From contig JABVCE010000034.1 in NCBI GenBank assembly GCA_014905635.1, forward strand, positions 124,001 through 188,000: DNA of 64,000 nt. The letters run 5' to 3'. The notes below the pieces were generated by a model. That model did not search any database and was not told the origin of the DNA. It worked only from the letters and a program-made list of their open reading frames with translations. This DNA comes from Scenedesmus sp. PABB004. Its lineage: Eukaryota. Within the stretch, counting starts at the first letter, position 1. Each line of letters begins with the position of its first letter. The translations under genes and the position numbers were made by a program. This document shows positions 32,684-44,511 of the stretch, piece after piece.

Positions 32684-33427
32684 TCAGTGGCCTATCGGGC
32701 GCACCACGGTGGTGGTCTTCTTGACGCACCGATCGCCTGCGGGCGGCGGCAGCGCGCGCAAGGGCGGCTGTTGAGCGGGACGCGCAGCGGCGCTTGCATC
32801 CGCAGCGGCAGCGTGCGGCGGGGCGGTTGAGCCTCACGCACCGGCAGGGCCGGGGATCAGGCCGCCGGTGCAGGCCTGTCGGGGAGAGGGTGGCGGTGGG
32901 AGGGAGGTCAGGTCAGGCGAGGGGCCGGGTGCGGCACCCGGCGAGCGGCCGGGTTTTTGGCTGGGCGCTCGCGCGGTTGATCGCTCACCGTGCAGGTGCG
33001 GCGGCCAGCGTTCCAGGTCCTGTAGGTCGCGCAGCCAGCGATGGTGGTCAGGGCGGCCTGTGGCGGGGAGGGTGTGCGGCGGGGCGGCGGCGCGCGGGCG
33101 GTGCGGTGAGGTGAGCAGCGGCACAGTCACCGGCCACCGGTCACACCCACCGCAGCACGGCAAGGCGGACCGCCCTGCGCGCTGGCGGTGGACTGGCACC
33201 AAAATGGGCGATGCGCGCCGGGCGCGCCGGCCGCTGGGCGCCGGGCGCGGCCGCCGGGGCCATGCTCGCCCCCTCCTGCCGCGCAGCACCGCGCCCAGCG
33301 TCCTGCCGCCCGCGCGATCATGCACCTGGAGCTGGCGGCCCGTCACGGACTCATCGGGGCGCACAGCCTCGGTGGAGGCGGCGAACACCAGCATCGCGCA
33401 GAGCGCCACGGCGACGAAGGACTTCAT
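32684..33427 (-). CDS. Small secreted Cys-rich prepropeptide, copy 2 (85 aa, 4 exons)
   Basis: Same exon structure as copy 1: MKSFVAVALCAMLVFAASTEAVRPDESVTGRQLQ|AALTTIAGCATYRTWNAGRRTCT|ACTGGLIPGPAG|DRCVKKTTTVVRPIGH*. Confidence 0.8.
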
Positions 33428-34287
33428 GGCGGCTGCTGGGGGGTGCGCGGGGGTGCTGGGCGGCGAGTGGGCGGGCGAGCGGAGTGGCGGAGTGGGGAAT
33501 GGCGCCGCTGCCGGGCCGCTCTTACCGATGCAACGGAGCTGGTTAAGCTAGTGAACAAATCCTGACGCCCCTACGCCGTACGCCTGTACGAGGGCTTTTG
33601 ATGTGGAGATTTCACGTTGAACGCGCCAGGCAGCGTGGCGCGCGTTGGCCTTTTGGGCGGCTGTCAACAGCGGCGACCGGCTTTCGCCCGTTACGCCGGC
33701 CGCGGCGGGCGAAGGCGCGCCCTGCGGCGCCTGGCCAGCTGCACCGAGGTCGCATGCAACCGTGCGGATCAGATCGGCGCGCCGGCGGGCCTGGAGCTCA
33801 GGGTTGCACGCGCGCGCGCCGCGCCAGCTCTGCCAGCGGAGAACGCCGCGCTGCGCCGCAGCCACGGGGCAGCACCACGAGAGCACCACGCGAGGTGTGG
33901 CGGCTCAGCGTCCATTGCGTGGTGATGATGCCCAGCCGGCAGCAGCGCTAGGAGGAGAAAGACGAACAACACGGTGCCCTCACTCAAGTGCAACCTGCGT
34001 GCAGCCTGCGCGCATGCGTTTGCCCGGCGCCCAGGCCATCCCCCCGCCGCCGCTGCGCGCCGTCGAGGGGCCCAGCAGCGGCGCCCCGCCGCAGGCACGG
34101 GCCTGCGCGGCTTATGCGACGCCGGCGCGGCGCCGGCGCGGCGCGGCTGGGGCCGCGCGCGCTCGCGCCCGCCCCCCCCCCCCCCCCCCCCCCTCCGCGA
34201 CCCGGGGTCGGTCCCCGGGGCTCCGGCTCGGCGTGGAGGGCTCGCGCCCGCCCCCGCCGCCTCACTCCACGCCCTCACTCCACGCCC

Positions 34288-34931
34288 TCACTCCACGTAC
34301 TGGGCAAAATAGGGCGTGAGGAAGCGCTGGCGCGTGAGGCGCGCGGGCAGGCTGGCCTGGCCCGGCACGAGGCCCTTGGTCTGGCTCAGGCTCGGCGCGC
34401 CGCCCTGGCTGACCGCCCACGCGGTGTACGCGGCGTTGAAGGGAAGCCACTGCGCGGGGCGCGGCGCGGCGCGGCGCCGGGGGCGGGCGGGCGGGCGGGC
34501 GTGTGCGGGCGGCGCTGGCGCGCGGCGCGTGTGCGGGCGGCGCCGGCGCGCAGCGCGGGGCCGCGGCGGCGCACGGCGCGCACGTGTGGGTGATCGGGGT
34601 TGTCCGTGATGGGGTCGAGCATGAAGCTCACGCCAGGGCCGCCAGAGAAGTTGCCGACCGGCTTGCGCACGTGCTGCGCGCGCGGCGCGAGCGCGGCGCC
34701 GCCGGCGGCGCTCACGACCGTGACCGCGGCGTCGCCGCTGCCCGCCGGGCTGATGCGGCCGCCGGCGTCCGGCGCGGGCGGCGGCGCGTCGCCGGCGGCC
34801 TTGGCGGCCGCGGCGCCGGGCGCGCCCCAGTCGCGCGTGACAAAGTAGATGCCGTAGCCGCGCGGGCCGTAGCCGTGCTCCTTGGCGTACGCGGCGTGGA
34901 AGGCCCAGCAGCCCTCCACGACCACCTGCGC

Positions 34932-34962
<31 letters not shown>

Positions 34963-37265
34963 ACGCGCGCGGTCGGCGGACGCGCGCGGCGCGCGGTCGG
35001 CCGCACGCCGCGGCGTGCTGCGGGCGCGGCATGGGGCGGTGGGGCCGTGCCTGGAAGCGCTGTGGCGAGGTGAGGTCAAACTCTATGAAGCTGAAGTCGA
35101 GGCGCTGCGACCTGCGGGGCAGGGGGGCAGGGGGGGCAGAGGGGCAGAGGGGCGGAGGGGCGGAGGGGGGCAGGGCGAGCGGGGCGTCAGCTGGGCGCGG
35201 CGGGCGAGGGCGCGCCAGCCGCGGGCGCTGCGGGCGCGGCGCGGCGGGCGGGCCCGCACCCGGGGTTGACCGGGGGTAACGGTTGACAAAGACGCGGCGG
35301 AAGTGGGTCAGCGGGTAGCGGTTGCCGGCAAAGAGCTTGGAGAGCTTGCGCCCCGGCGGGTTGCCGTACAGGAAGCACCTGGCGCGGGGCACGCGGCGCG
35401 GGGCACGCGGCGCGGGGCCGGTGGCGCGAGCGGCCGCCGCCGCCGGCGGCGCGCCCGGGCGCGCGCAGGCCCGCCGCGCTGGCGCGCAGGCCGTCCGCGC
35501 TGGCGCGCAGGCCGTCCGCGCGCTGCCCCCGCGCGCCTCACTTGTACTTGGTGTTGAACATGATGCCGTACGCGATCTCGCTGCCGCTGATGGTCGCGAC
35601 CGCCGCGGCGGCGCGGCCGCGCGCGAGCGGCGCGAGCAGCTTGGGCGCCTGCGGCGCGCGCGCGCGCGCGCGGCGCGGGGTGAGCCTCGCCGCGCCAGGC
35701 CCGCGGGCCGCCGGGCGGCTGGCGACGTGCCGCCGCCGCCGCGTGGCGCGTGGCGCGGCGCACCCGCATGCGCTGCTCGACGTAGACGTAGTTGCGGCCA
35801 GGCACCAAGATCGCAAACAGCGCGTCGCTCCTGCGGCAGCGCCCGCGGCGGCAGCGCCCGCGGTGGCAGCGCGCGGCGCTGAGGGGGCGGCCGGCGCACG
35901 CGCGAGCAGCAGCAGAGGCCGCCGCAGCCGCGCGCCGCCGCCGCCGCCCGCGCGGCTCACTTGGCGTAGAGCTTGGCGAGCTTGGCGGCCGCGGTCGCGC
36001 CGTCGGCGGCGAGCAGCGTGAAGGACGTGCTGGTCACCGCCACGCGGCGCCGCGCCTCGAGCACCACCTCCACAACCACGCCCATCATGCCTGCATGAGA
36101 GGGAGCGCGCGCCGCTGAGACCGTAGCGGCGGCGGACGCCGCGGCGTCGCCGGCGGCGTCGCCGGTGCCGGCGCGGGCGGCGGCGCGGCGCACCGTAGCT
36201 GCAGGTGAACGCCGCGAGCTCGTCCGGCGTGGCAGCCTTGCTCAGCTTGACGAAGCGGCCCGACTGCGGACACACGCGGGGGCGCGAGCGCGGCGCGGTC
36301 GGCGCGCGCGGCGCCGCCCCGGCGGTGCCGGCTCGCCCGCGCCGCCGCGCGCCGCGCGCACGCGCGTGGCCCGTGCCCTCGCCGCGCCGCACCTCGTCCA
36401 CGTAGGTCAGCTCCGACACCAGCGCCGACAGGTAGCCGGGGCCTGGGCGGCGCGGCAGCGGGGGCGGCACGCGCGTCTCGGCAACGCCGGGCACGCAGGC
36501 TGCCTGGGCGCGGCTGGCAGCGGCGGCCGCACGCGCGCGCCGCGCACCGTCGAGGCTGCTGTCCTTGCTGGTGCACACCGCGAGGCTGCCAACCGTCGCG
36601 TCGCCGATCTCCGGGCTAAACGACAGCTCCAGGTCCTGCGCGGCGGCAGTGTGAGCGCGCGGCGCGAGCGCGGCGCCGGCGCGGCCGCAGGGCGCCCCAC
36701 GGCCAGCACGCCGCGCGGCGGCGCACGTGCTGCGCGAGGAAGTCGTGCGCGTCCGCGAGCGTCACGCCCGCCTGCAGGCGCACGCACGGCCCCGGCTCCA
36801 GGCCGAGGATCTTGTTCAGGCCTGCCGCGGCGGGCGCGCGGCGCGGCCGCGCAGCGGCAGTTGGGGCGAGCGGCTGCCGGCGGCGCGCCGGGCGGCGCGT
36901 CGTGCCACGCGCCTGCGCGCGCGCCGCGACCCGCGCCGCTGCGCCTGGCGCTGCCCCACGACGCGCGCGCGCCGCCCGGGAAGCGCCGCAGCGGCCGCGG
37001 CGGCGGCGGCCGCTGCAGTGCGACCCTCGGCGGCGCAGTGAGCGGTGTGCGTTTCACCCTGTTCACCTTTGAGGTGCAAGATGGTCCCCCCCGGGCAGGT
37101 CACACAGCCGTTCACCGAGTGCAGCGAGCCCACAGCCAGCAGGGGGCTCGGGAACGTCTGCGCATCGCGGACGACGGCCGCCACGGCCTCTGCGCTGTCC
37201 GCGCTGGCCACCGCGGCCGGCGTGGAGGACTGCGTGAGCCCCCAGTTGACCACGGCGCCCGCCAT
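34288..37265 (-). CDS. FAD-linked oxidoreductase (FAD_binding_4; aldonolactone oxidase/GULO-like); multi-exon
   Basis: VVNWGLTQSSTPAAVAS, LLAVGSLHSVN (His at the covalent-FAD position), VRLQAGVTLADAHDFLAQH, PEIGDATVGSL, GMMGVVVEVVL, C-terminal RFLTPYF. Confidence 0.85.
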
Positions 37266-37609
37266 GGCTGCTACGACGCCGCCCGGGCAGCGCAGAGGGG
37301 GGCTAGATGGAGCGCGGCGTGTGCGGCAGCGACGCGGCGTGATCCTGCGGTCGCGTTGGGCTGTCGAGTGGCACGCGCGCCGGCCGCGGCCGGTCGCGTT
37401 GGCCGACGCAGGTCCCGCGCCGGCGCCGGCACCACGCAAAGCCGCCGCCGTTCGGCCCCGCCAGCGCGCGCGGGCGGTCGGCGCGGCGCGGGCGCGCGTC
37501 CGGTGTGGTCACAGGCGGGCGCGTCGACCGCCACGGCCGCGGCCCACCAGGCCGGGCCGCCGTGCGCAGCCCCGCGCGTTCGCCGCCACGCCACGGCCTC
37601 CGCCCGCCC

Positions 37610-39349
37610 TCACACAAACTTGGCGCCCTCCGGGTCCAGCGCCACCACCTTGGCGCTGTTGACCTCCAGCCCGCCGGAGCCGCGGAACGCGGCGCCCATC
37701 GCCTCGGCGACGCGCGCGCCGGTGTCGGGGTCGGGCACGACCGCGACGGCGGTCGGCCCCGCGCCGCTGATGGTGCAGCCGTACGCGCCTGCGCCGCGCC
37801 GCGCGGGGAGGGTCAGGCCGAGACACACGCGATGCATGGGCGCCCGCGCGACACCCTCGCCGCGCGGCGCGCGCGGTGCGCGCGCCGCCGCACCCGCCGC
37901 CTTGGCGGCCGCCTTGACCGCGAGCAGCCCCGGGATGAGCGGCGCGCGCACGGGCTCCACGATCACGTCGCTGTCCAGCGCGGAGCCCAGCAGCTCCGCG
38001 TCGCCGCCGAGGATGGCCGCCACGAGCGCGCCGCCCTGGCAGCTGTTGTGGATCATGGACTTGAACGGCACCTGGCCGGGGACCCAGGGGGGCGGGCGGC
38101 GCCTTGGGGCGGGGCGCCCCGCCGTGCGCCCGCGGCAGCCGGCGCCTCGCCGCCCGCGCCGCTGGCCCCTCGCCGCCGCGCGCGCCGCCGGGCCGCACCT
38201 CTTGCGGCAGCACCGCGCGCATCTGCTTCGTCGGCGCCTCGAAGCAGGGGTTGACCAGCACAAACCACAGCGGCGCCGCGTTGTTCGCGCCCGCAAACGG
38301 CAGCGGCACGAGCTCCAGCGGGTCGCAGCTCCTGCGCGCGGCGTGGCGGCTCATTGGGTCGCGCCCGCCGCGGCCGCCGCGCCGCGGCCGCCGTCCCCGC
38401 CGCGCGCGGCGCGGCGCCGCCGTGCGCGCGCCGCGTCGGCTCACCGCACGAGGACGAACCCACCGAGCAGCGCGGGGCCCACGTTGTCGGCGTGGTACCC
38501 GCTGACCGCCGCCTCGCTCGCCAGGCCCGCCACGACGAGCTCCGACTTGCTCAGCGGCGAGCCAAAGAGGCCGTTGACCGCCCACGCCGCCGCCGCGGCG
38601 CTCGCCGCGCTGCTGCCCATGCCGCTGCCCAGCGGCAGGCCCTGCGGGCGCGGGCGCGCGCGCGGACGCTCGCGCCGCGCCGACCGCGGCCGGCCTGCAC
38701 AGCGCGCTGCGTGCATGCGCGCGCGCTCGTGCGCCACCGCCGCCGCCGTCGCAGCCGCCGCCGCAGTCGCAGCCGCCGCTGCACCTTGTCGAGTGTAAGT
38801 GCCACGCCGCAGCTGGGGCTGCCCAGCAGCTTGAGCGTTTCACTGGCGGCGATGCCGATGCAGTTGTCCGAGGGGTCGAGGCTCAGCCGGCCGCCGTCGC
38901 CGCGGATGGCCTCGATCACGACCGCGCCGGGCTGGTCCTTCAGCACCCGCGCCGTCACCGTGTCGCCGTCGCCCTGCCGCCGGCCGCGGGGGCAGTGAGC
39001 CGGTGGGGCGGGACCCGGGCGAGCGCCACCAGCCGCAGCGCGGCCGCGCGCCGCGGCGCCGGTCGGCGGCAGCAGCGCGCGCCGCTGCCGCCGGCGCCTG
39101 CCCCGCGGCGCCGGCCCTGCGCCGCACCTCGACGGCGCAGCCCAGCCAGTCGAATCCGGGGCCCAGGTTGGCGATCGTGGCGGGCGCGAAGGCCGTGGCC
39201 TCGCTCTGCACGGGGTCCAGGAAGACCTTGCCGCCCGCCACCACGCGCCCCGAGCCCGCCCGCGCCGCCACGCGGCGCCCGGCAATCGACCGCGCCGCGC
39301 ACTGGCGACACGGCGCGCTGCCGGCCCGAACGCCCGCGCTGCGCTGCAT
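37610..39349 (-). CDS. HSK: Homoserine kinase, plastid-targeted (GHMP family); multi-exon
   Basis: AFAPATIANLGPGFDWLGCAV, GLPLGSGMGSSAASA, GYHADNVGPALLGGF, GCTISGAGPT. Confidence 0.96.
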
Positions 39350-39524
39350 CGCGCCCGCCGCCGGCTCGCGGCGCCGCTGCTGCTCTCGCCGCGGGTGTGC
39401 GGGGCGTATGGCGCGCCGCCGCGGTCGCCTGGCTGGCTGTCCCGTGGCAGTGGCGTGATCGGGGCGGCGGCGCTGGATACGACGGGGCCCAGCACACACA
39501 GGGGTTCAGCTGGCCGGCCGCCGC

Positions 39525-40727
39525 TCAGCCGCGCGGCCGCTTGGCGCCCGCGAGCGCGGGCCGCGCCGGCGCGAGCAGCGCCTCCAGCTGGCCGTACGTC
39601 ACGCCCGCCGCCTCGTCGGTGTCGACGCCGATCTCCTCAAACAGGTCCGCCTGCTTGCCCTCAATGCCCTCGCTGATCGTGTCCCTGCGCGGCGCCGCGC
39701 GGCGCGGCGCGCCGCGCTCGGCGCACTCCGCGCGGCGGCCGGCCGCCGCCGCCGCCGCCGCCGGCCAGCGCCCCGGCCGCAGCCGCGCCGGGCGGGCGCG
39801 GGCGCGGCGCGGCGCGGCGCTCACCAAATGCCTCGGAAGACGCTGCGCCGCTTGCGCCACACCTCCATCGCCTGCCGGAACGCCACCTCCGTCGCGCGCC
39901 GCTCCTCGGGCCGCACCAGCTTCGCGCCGCTGCGCAGCTGCGCAAGCTTCCCCAGCTGAGCGTCCCTGCGCCGCGCAGCAGCACGGGAGCGCGGGCGCAG
40001 GCGCGCGGGCGGGTGGGCGGCGGCCGCGCGCGGCCCGCGCCGCGCCGGCGCCGCCCGCCGACCTGCGCTGTGTGAGGTCGGCCAGCTTGGCCGCGAGCTG
40101 CTCCGCCGTCATGCTGCTGCTCCAGCTGCGCAGCTCTGCGCGCGCACGGCGGCGGCGCGCGTCGGCGCGGCCGGCGGGCGCAGCGCGGCGCCGCGCCGCA
40201 CGCGCGCGGCGCGCAGAGCAGCCCCGCGCGCGCCACGCGCCCGCCTCGGTCTCCTTGACCGCTTTGTTGGCCGCCACGAGCGCCTCATGCAGGGCCTTGA
40301 GCTCCGCCTTGGCCGCGTCCGTGTCCTGCGAGCGCGCGCCCGCGCGCTCGGCATGGCGTGCGCCCCGGCGCCCGCGCGCGCGCCGTGCCCAGTGCGCCGC
40401 GCGCACGGGTGCCGCACCTCCTTTGACAGCACCTCCAAGCCCTCCTGCTTGGGAATGAAGAGCTTGGTCTTGCCAAACTCCTGCGCCGCCGGCGGAGCTG
40501 CTCGCCGCCGGCCGCGCCGGCGGCGCCGGGCGCGCGGGCCGCCGCTGCGGCCGCCAGCGCACCTTGCACACGATGCGCCCCGCGTCGGTCAGCGCGTCGC
40601 AGGCCTTCACCACCGCGGCCTTCTTGATGCCCGCGCTCTGCAGGTTGTCCACCAGCCCCTGCACCCCAAAGGGCTTGTTGTGCTGCGTGATCAGGCCGAG
40701 CACCGCCGCCTCCGCTGCAGCCGCCAT
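39525..40727 (-). CDS. HOP2: Homologous-pairing protein 2 (TBPIP/Hop2); multi-exon
   Basis: AEAAVLGLITQHNKPFGVQGLVDNLQSAGIKKAAVVKACDAL...CK|EFGKTKLFIPKQ winged helix, coiled coil, and C-terminal WRKRRSVF...DTISEG...DLFEEIGVDTDE. Confidence 0.9.
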   Translation of the reverse strand: MAAAAEAAVLGLITQHNKPFGVQGLVDNLQSAGIKKAAVVKACDALTDAGRIVCKVRWRPQRRPARPAPPARPAASSSAGGAGVWQDQALHSQAGGLGGAVKGGAAPVRAAHWARRARGRRGARHAERAGARSQDTDAAKAELKALHEALVAANKAVKETEAGAWRARGCSARRARAARRRAAPAGRADARRRRARAELRSWSSSMTAEQLAAKLADLTQRRSAGGAGAARAARGRRPPARAPAPALPCCCAAQGRSAGEACAAAQRREAGAARGAARDGGGVPAGDGGVAQAAQRLPRHLVSAAPRRARARPARLRPGRWPAAAAAAAGRRAECAERGAPRRAAPRRDTISEGIEGKQADLFEEIGVDTDEAAGVTYGQLEALLAPARPALAGAKRPRG

Positions 40728-41075
40728 GGCGCGCTCGCGACGTGCTCAGCGGGGCGCGCGGGAGGGAGCGGGGCCTTCACGTGAGGGTGTCCCGCGGCGG
40801 GCGGAGTGGCGGCGGGGCGGCAGCGCGGCGCACCGCTTGCCGGCGCGCCGCCCGTTCGTGCGGCCGTCATTCCGCGGAGCCCTGTTGGCGAGCACGTCAA
40901 GCGCGCCGCCCCGGCGCCGCTCCATTGCCACCATCGCACCAAATTGACGGCGCGCGCCACTGCCGCAGCTCGGGCGCCGCGCGCGCCGCCCAGCCCGCAC
41001 TGCGGAGCGACGGCGGCGCCTCCCAGGGCCGGCCCAGCCGCGCGCTCGACACCCGCAGCGAGCCGATCGGGCTGC

Positions 41076-42785
41076 ATGGAGCTGGGCGGCGCATGGGGCG
41101 CTGCCGCGCGCAGCTGCGCGACAGCAGCGGCCGCCGGCCGGCGCGGCGCGGCCCCGCAGCGTCGCGCCGGCGCGCCCCTCCTCGCCCAGCCCCCGGCGAC
41201 GCCCAGGCTGACGCGGCCGTGGCGCGCCGCGCGCCGCCGCGGCGCCGCGCCGCTGCCGGCGGCGGCGGCGAGCGCCGGCAGCGGCGGCGCCGGGCCGGCC
41301 CAGCGCGGCGCGGACGACTTTGACTCGCTGGTCCTGGACGACGCCTACTACGAGGAGATTGGCATGACGCGCGCGCAGGCGGAGGCGCAGCAGGCGGAGC
41401 TGCTCTACAGCGCCGACCCCGACGCGCGCCCCCTCGACGACCTCGCGACCGTTGACGGCGACGCGGCGGGGCTGCCGCGCGAGTGGCGGCGGGCGATCGA
41501 GTCGCTCGAGGTGTACGGGCCCCAGGTGGGGCGCCGCGGCGGCGCGGCACGCGGCGGCACGGCACGGCCGCGCGGCGCGGCGGCGCAGCCCCCCGCGCAG
41601 GCCCCGAGCGGCGCCGCCCGCGCCGCCGCGTGGTGCGCAGGCGCTGGTGATGGCTGGCTTCCGGGCTGAGGAGTATGCGGTCGCGCGGGCCACGCTGGAC
41701 GCGCTCGGCGCGGCGCAGGTCAAGGTGCTGCCTGCCAGCGCAGACATGCTCACGGTGCGCCGGGCGCCCGGCGGCAGGCGCGCGCCCGGCCGAGCGGCAG
41801 CGGCGGGCGCAGCAGCGAGCGCAGCGTGTGCGGCCCTGCCTGGATCGCCGCCGCGCGCTTCGCCCGCGCGCGCAGGGCACGCTGGACGCAGCGCTGGCGC
41901 AGCCAGAGATTGACTGGAGCGCCCCGCGGCCGCCGGACTGGATCATGGGCGGCGCCTGGGGCAGCCAGCGCACGGTGCTGTTTGCAGGTGCGCGCCGCGG
42001 CGCCGCGGTCGCCGCGTGTGCCTCGCGCGGCCGCTCGAGCGGCCGGCGCCGCCCGCCCGCGCGCCGCGGCCGCCCGCCAGGGCTGTCCATCAAGGTGCAG
42101 GCCACGCTGCTGGAGCTGCTGGAGGCACAGGGCCTGCCGCACCTGTGCGTGACGATGGCGCTGCAGGAGGACGCGCAGCGGCGGCTGGGGGACGTGCTCG
42201 CAGAGGCCGTCAAGGTGCGCGGCGGCTCGCGGCGCGCCGGGCGCGTTGACAGGCGAGCGGCGGGTGCCACCGCGCCGCGGCTCACGCCGCCGCTGCGCAG
42301 GCACAGCGCGGCGCCAAGCCGGCGCCGGCAGCTGCCGCCGCGCCGTGGGACGTCCCCAAGCAGCGGCCCACGCCGGCGGCCGCGCAGACCGGCAGCGGCG
42401 GCAGCGCCAGCAGCAGCGCCAGCGCCGCGCCGCCAAACGTGCAGGGCAGAGCCAGCCTCAAGCTCACCGGGCTGCCGGGCAAGCGCGGCCCGCTGTTCTC
42501 GCGCGGCAGCGCCGGCAGCGGCGCCAGCGGGCGCGCCAGTGGCAGCGGCGTGCCGGAGCCTGGGCTGGAGCCGCTGCAGAATCTCATTTCACCCGAGCTG
42601 GCGCGGGCGCGGCTGAACGTGAGTGCGCGGCGCGGCTCCAGACCGGGCCGCCGGCCTGCCGCGCGTGCGGCCTGCAACCCGCCCCGGCCGCCACCGCCGT
42701 CGCTGCGCCCGCAGGCGCGGGACGCGGGGCAGGATCCTGGTCTGATGGATCTGCTGGACATGGAGCTGCCCGTGGGCGATGAGCC

Positions 42786-42829
<44 letters not shown>

Positions 42830-43475
42830 CCCGGGAGGCGCGCGGGCCGGCGGCGGACGCCGCAGCAGCGCCGGGCGGCACCACGACGGGCGCTGGCGCT
42901 GCGCTGCCTGGCGAGGAGAGCAGCAGCCAGGCGCTGCTGGATTGGTTTGCCAGCGACAGCAGCGACGCTGTCGAGCTGCCCTGGGTGGAAGGCGAGCCGG
43001 GCGGCGGCGCCGCGGTGCAGGCAGCGCTCGCGGCGGGGCCGCCGCAGCTGCAGCAACAGGCCGCCAGGGAGCCTGCGGCAGCCGCGCCGCAGCTGTCACT
43101 GGACGACCTGCTGCCGCCGCTGGCCGGCGCCGTGCCTCCAGCGTCGCCGCTGCCGGCTTCTCGGCCCGCTGCAACGGCAGTCGCGCAGGCGGCACCCGGC
43201 CTGGGCGCCGTGGAGGATGACGGCGAGGAGGCGCAGGGCCCCTCCGTGCTGTCGGCCATCCAGGCGGCGCTGCAGTCGGGCGTGGACCCTGAGCAGCTCA
43301 AGCGCTTGATTGACCAGGCGGCCGCCGCCAGCAGCGCCGCGGCAGACCCGGTGGACCTGCTGCTGCGGGAGGACGCGGCGAGGGCCAGCCAGGCGGAGCC
43401 GGCCGCGCAGGGCAGCGCAGCCGCCCCGCAGGCTGCGGCACCAATGACGCAGCAGCAAGCAGCGCAACACGTGGC

Positions 43476-43533
<58 letters not shown>

Positions 43534-44511
43534 GCACGGCCGCGGGCGGCGGGGCCGTACGGCCCCGCGCCGGCAGCGCCCGGCGAACAGCAGCCGGCGC
43601 CCGGGAGCGACCCGCTGCTGAAGCTGCGCCCCGAGTTTCAGCGCGCGTTTGAGGCGGGCCAGGTCAAGTTTGTTGACCTCTCCAAGCTGCCCAGCAAGTA
43701 CCGGCAGCAGGCCGCACCCGGCGCGCTGCAGCAGCGGCAGCAGCAGCAGCAGGCGGCCATCCTGGCGGCCGAGGCGGCCGAGGCGGCCGAGGCGCCCGGC
43801 GGCGACGAGGGCGGGGCGCAGGCGCGGCAGCGCTGGTGGCAGCGGCAGCAGCGCTCTGCGGCGCAGCAGCGCATGGTCGCGGGCCTGGCCGCCGGCGTGG
43901 GCGCCTCGCTGCCGCCGGGCGCCGCCCCGCCGCAAGGGCGCGTGGTGGAGCTGGACGTCGGCCCGCAGGCGGGGCCGGTCGGCAGCGGCTCGGGGGCGGC
44001 TGCGCCCGCGCCCGCGCAGCCGAGCGCCGCCGACGATGGCGACGACGCGGCGTTTGACGGCGCGGCGGAGGTGGAGGGCGGGGAGGCGCCGGGCGGGGGC
44101 GGCCTGGTGTTGGACGGGCCCAAGCTGGAGCAGCTCGCCGCGGCGGCGCAGGCGGAAGGCCTGGACGTCGGCACCGCGCTCGCGCAGGCGATCGCGTACG
44201 GCGTGGAGGTGGACGCCGCCGCCGCTGCCGCCGCGGGCATGGCGCTGCCGAGCGCGGCGCAGGTCGAGGCGGCGCGGCGGGAGGTCGTCGGCTCGCTGCG
44301 CGACCTGGCGCGGCTGGGCGGGGAGGAGGAGGGCGAGGAGGCCGAGGCGGCCGAGGCTGGCGAGGCAGGCTCGGAGGCGGAGGCGGGGGCAGGCGGCAGC
44401 ACGGGGGCTGCTGGCCGCCGGGCCTGGGGCGCGGGGCTGAGCGGCGCCGTTGGGCGCGCGCGCGCGAGGCTGGCTGCCAAGCAGCCCAAGCAGCAGCAGG
44501 GGGAGTCGTGA
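41076..44511 (+). CDS. DUF3783-containing protein, probably plastid-targeted, with a long Ala/Gln-rich C-terminal extension
   Basis: ALVMAGFRAEEYAVARATLDALGAAQVKVLP...GTLDAAL...RTVLFAGLS...LLELLEAQGLP...RRLGDVLAE resembles DUF3783. Two polyQ tracts (CAG repeats ~42787-42827 and ~43478-43530). Confidence 0.7.
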
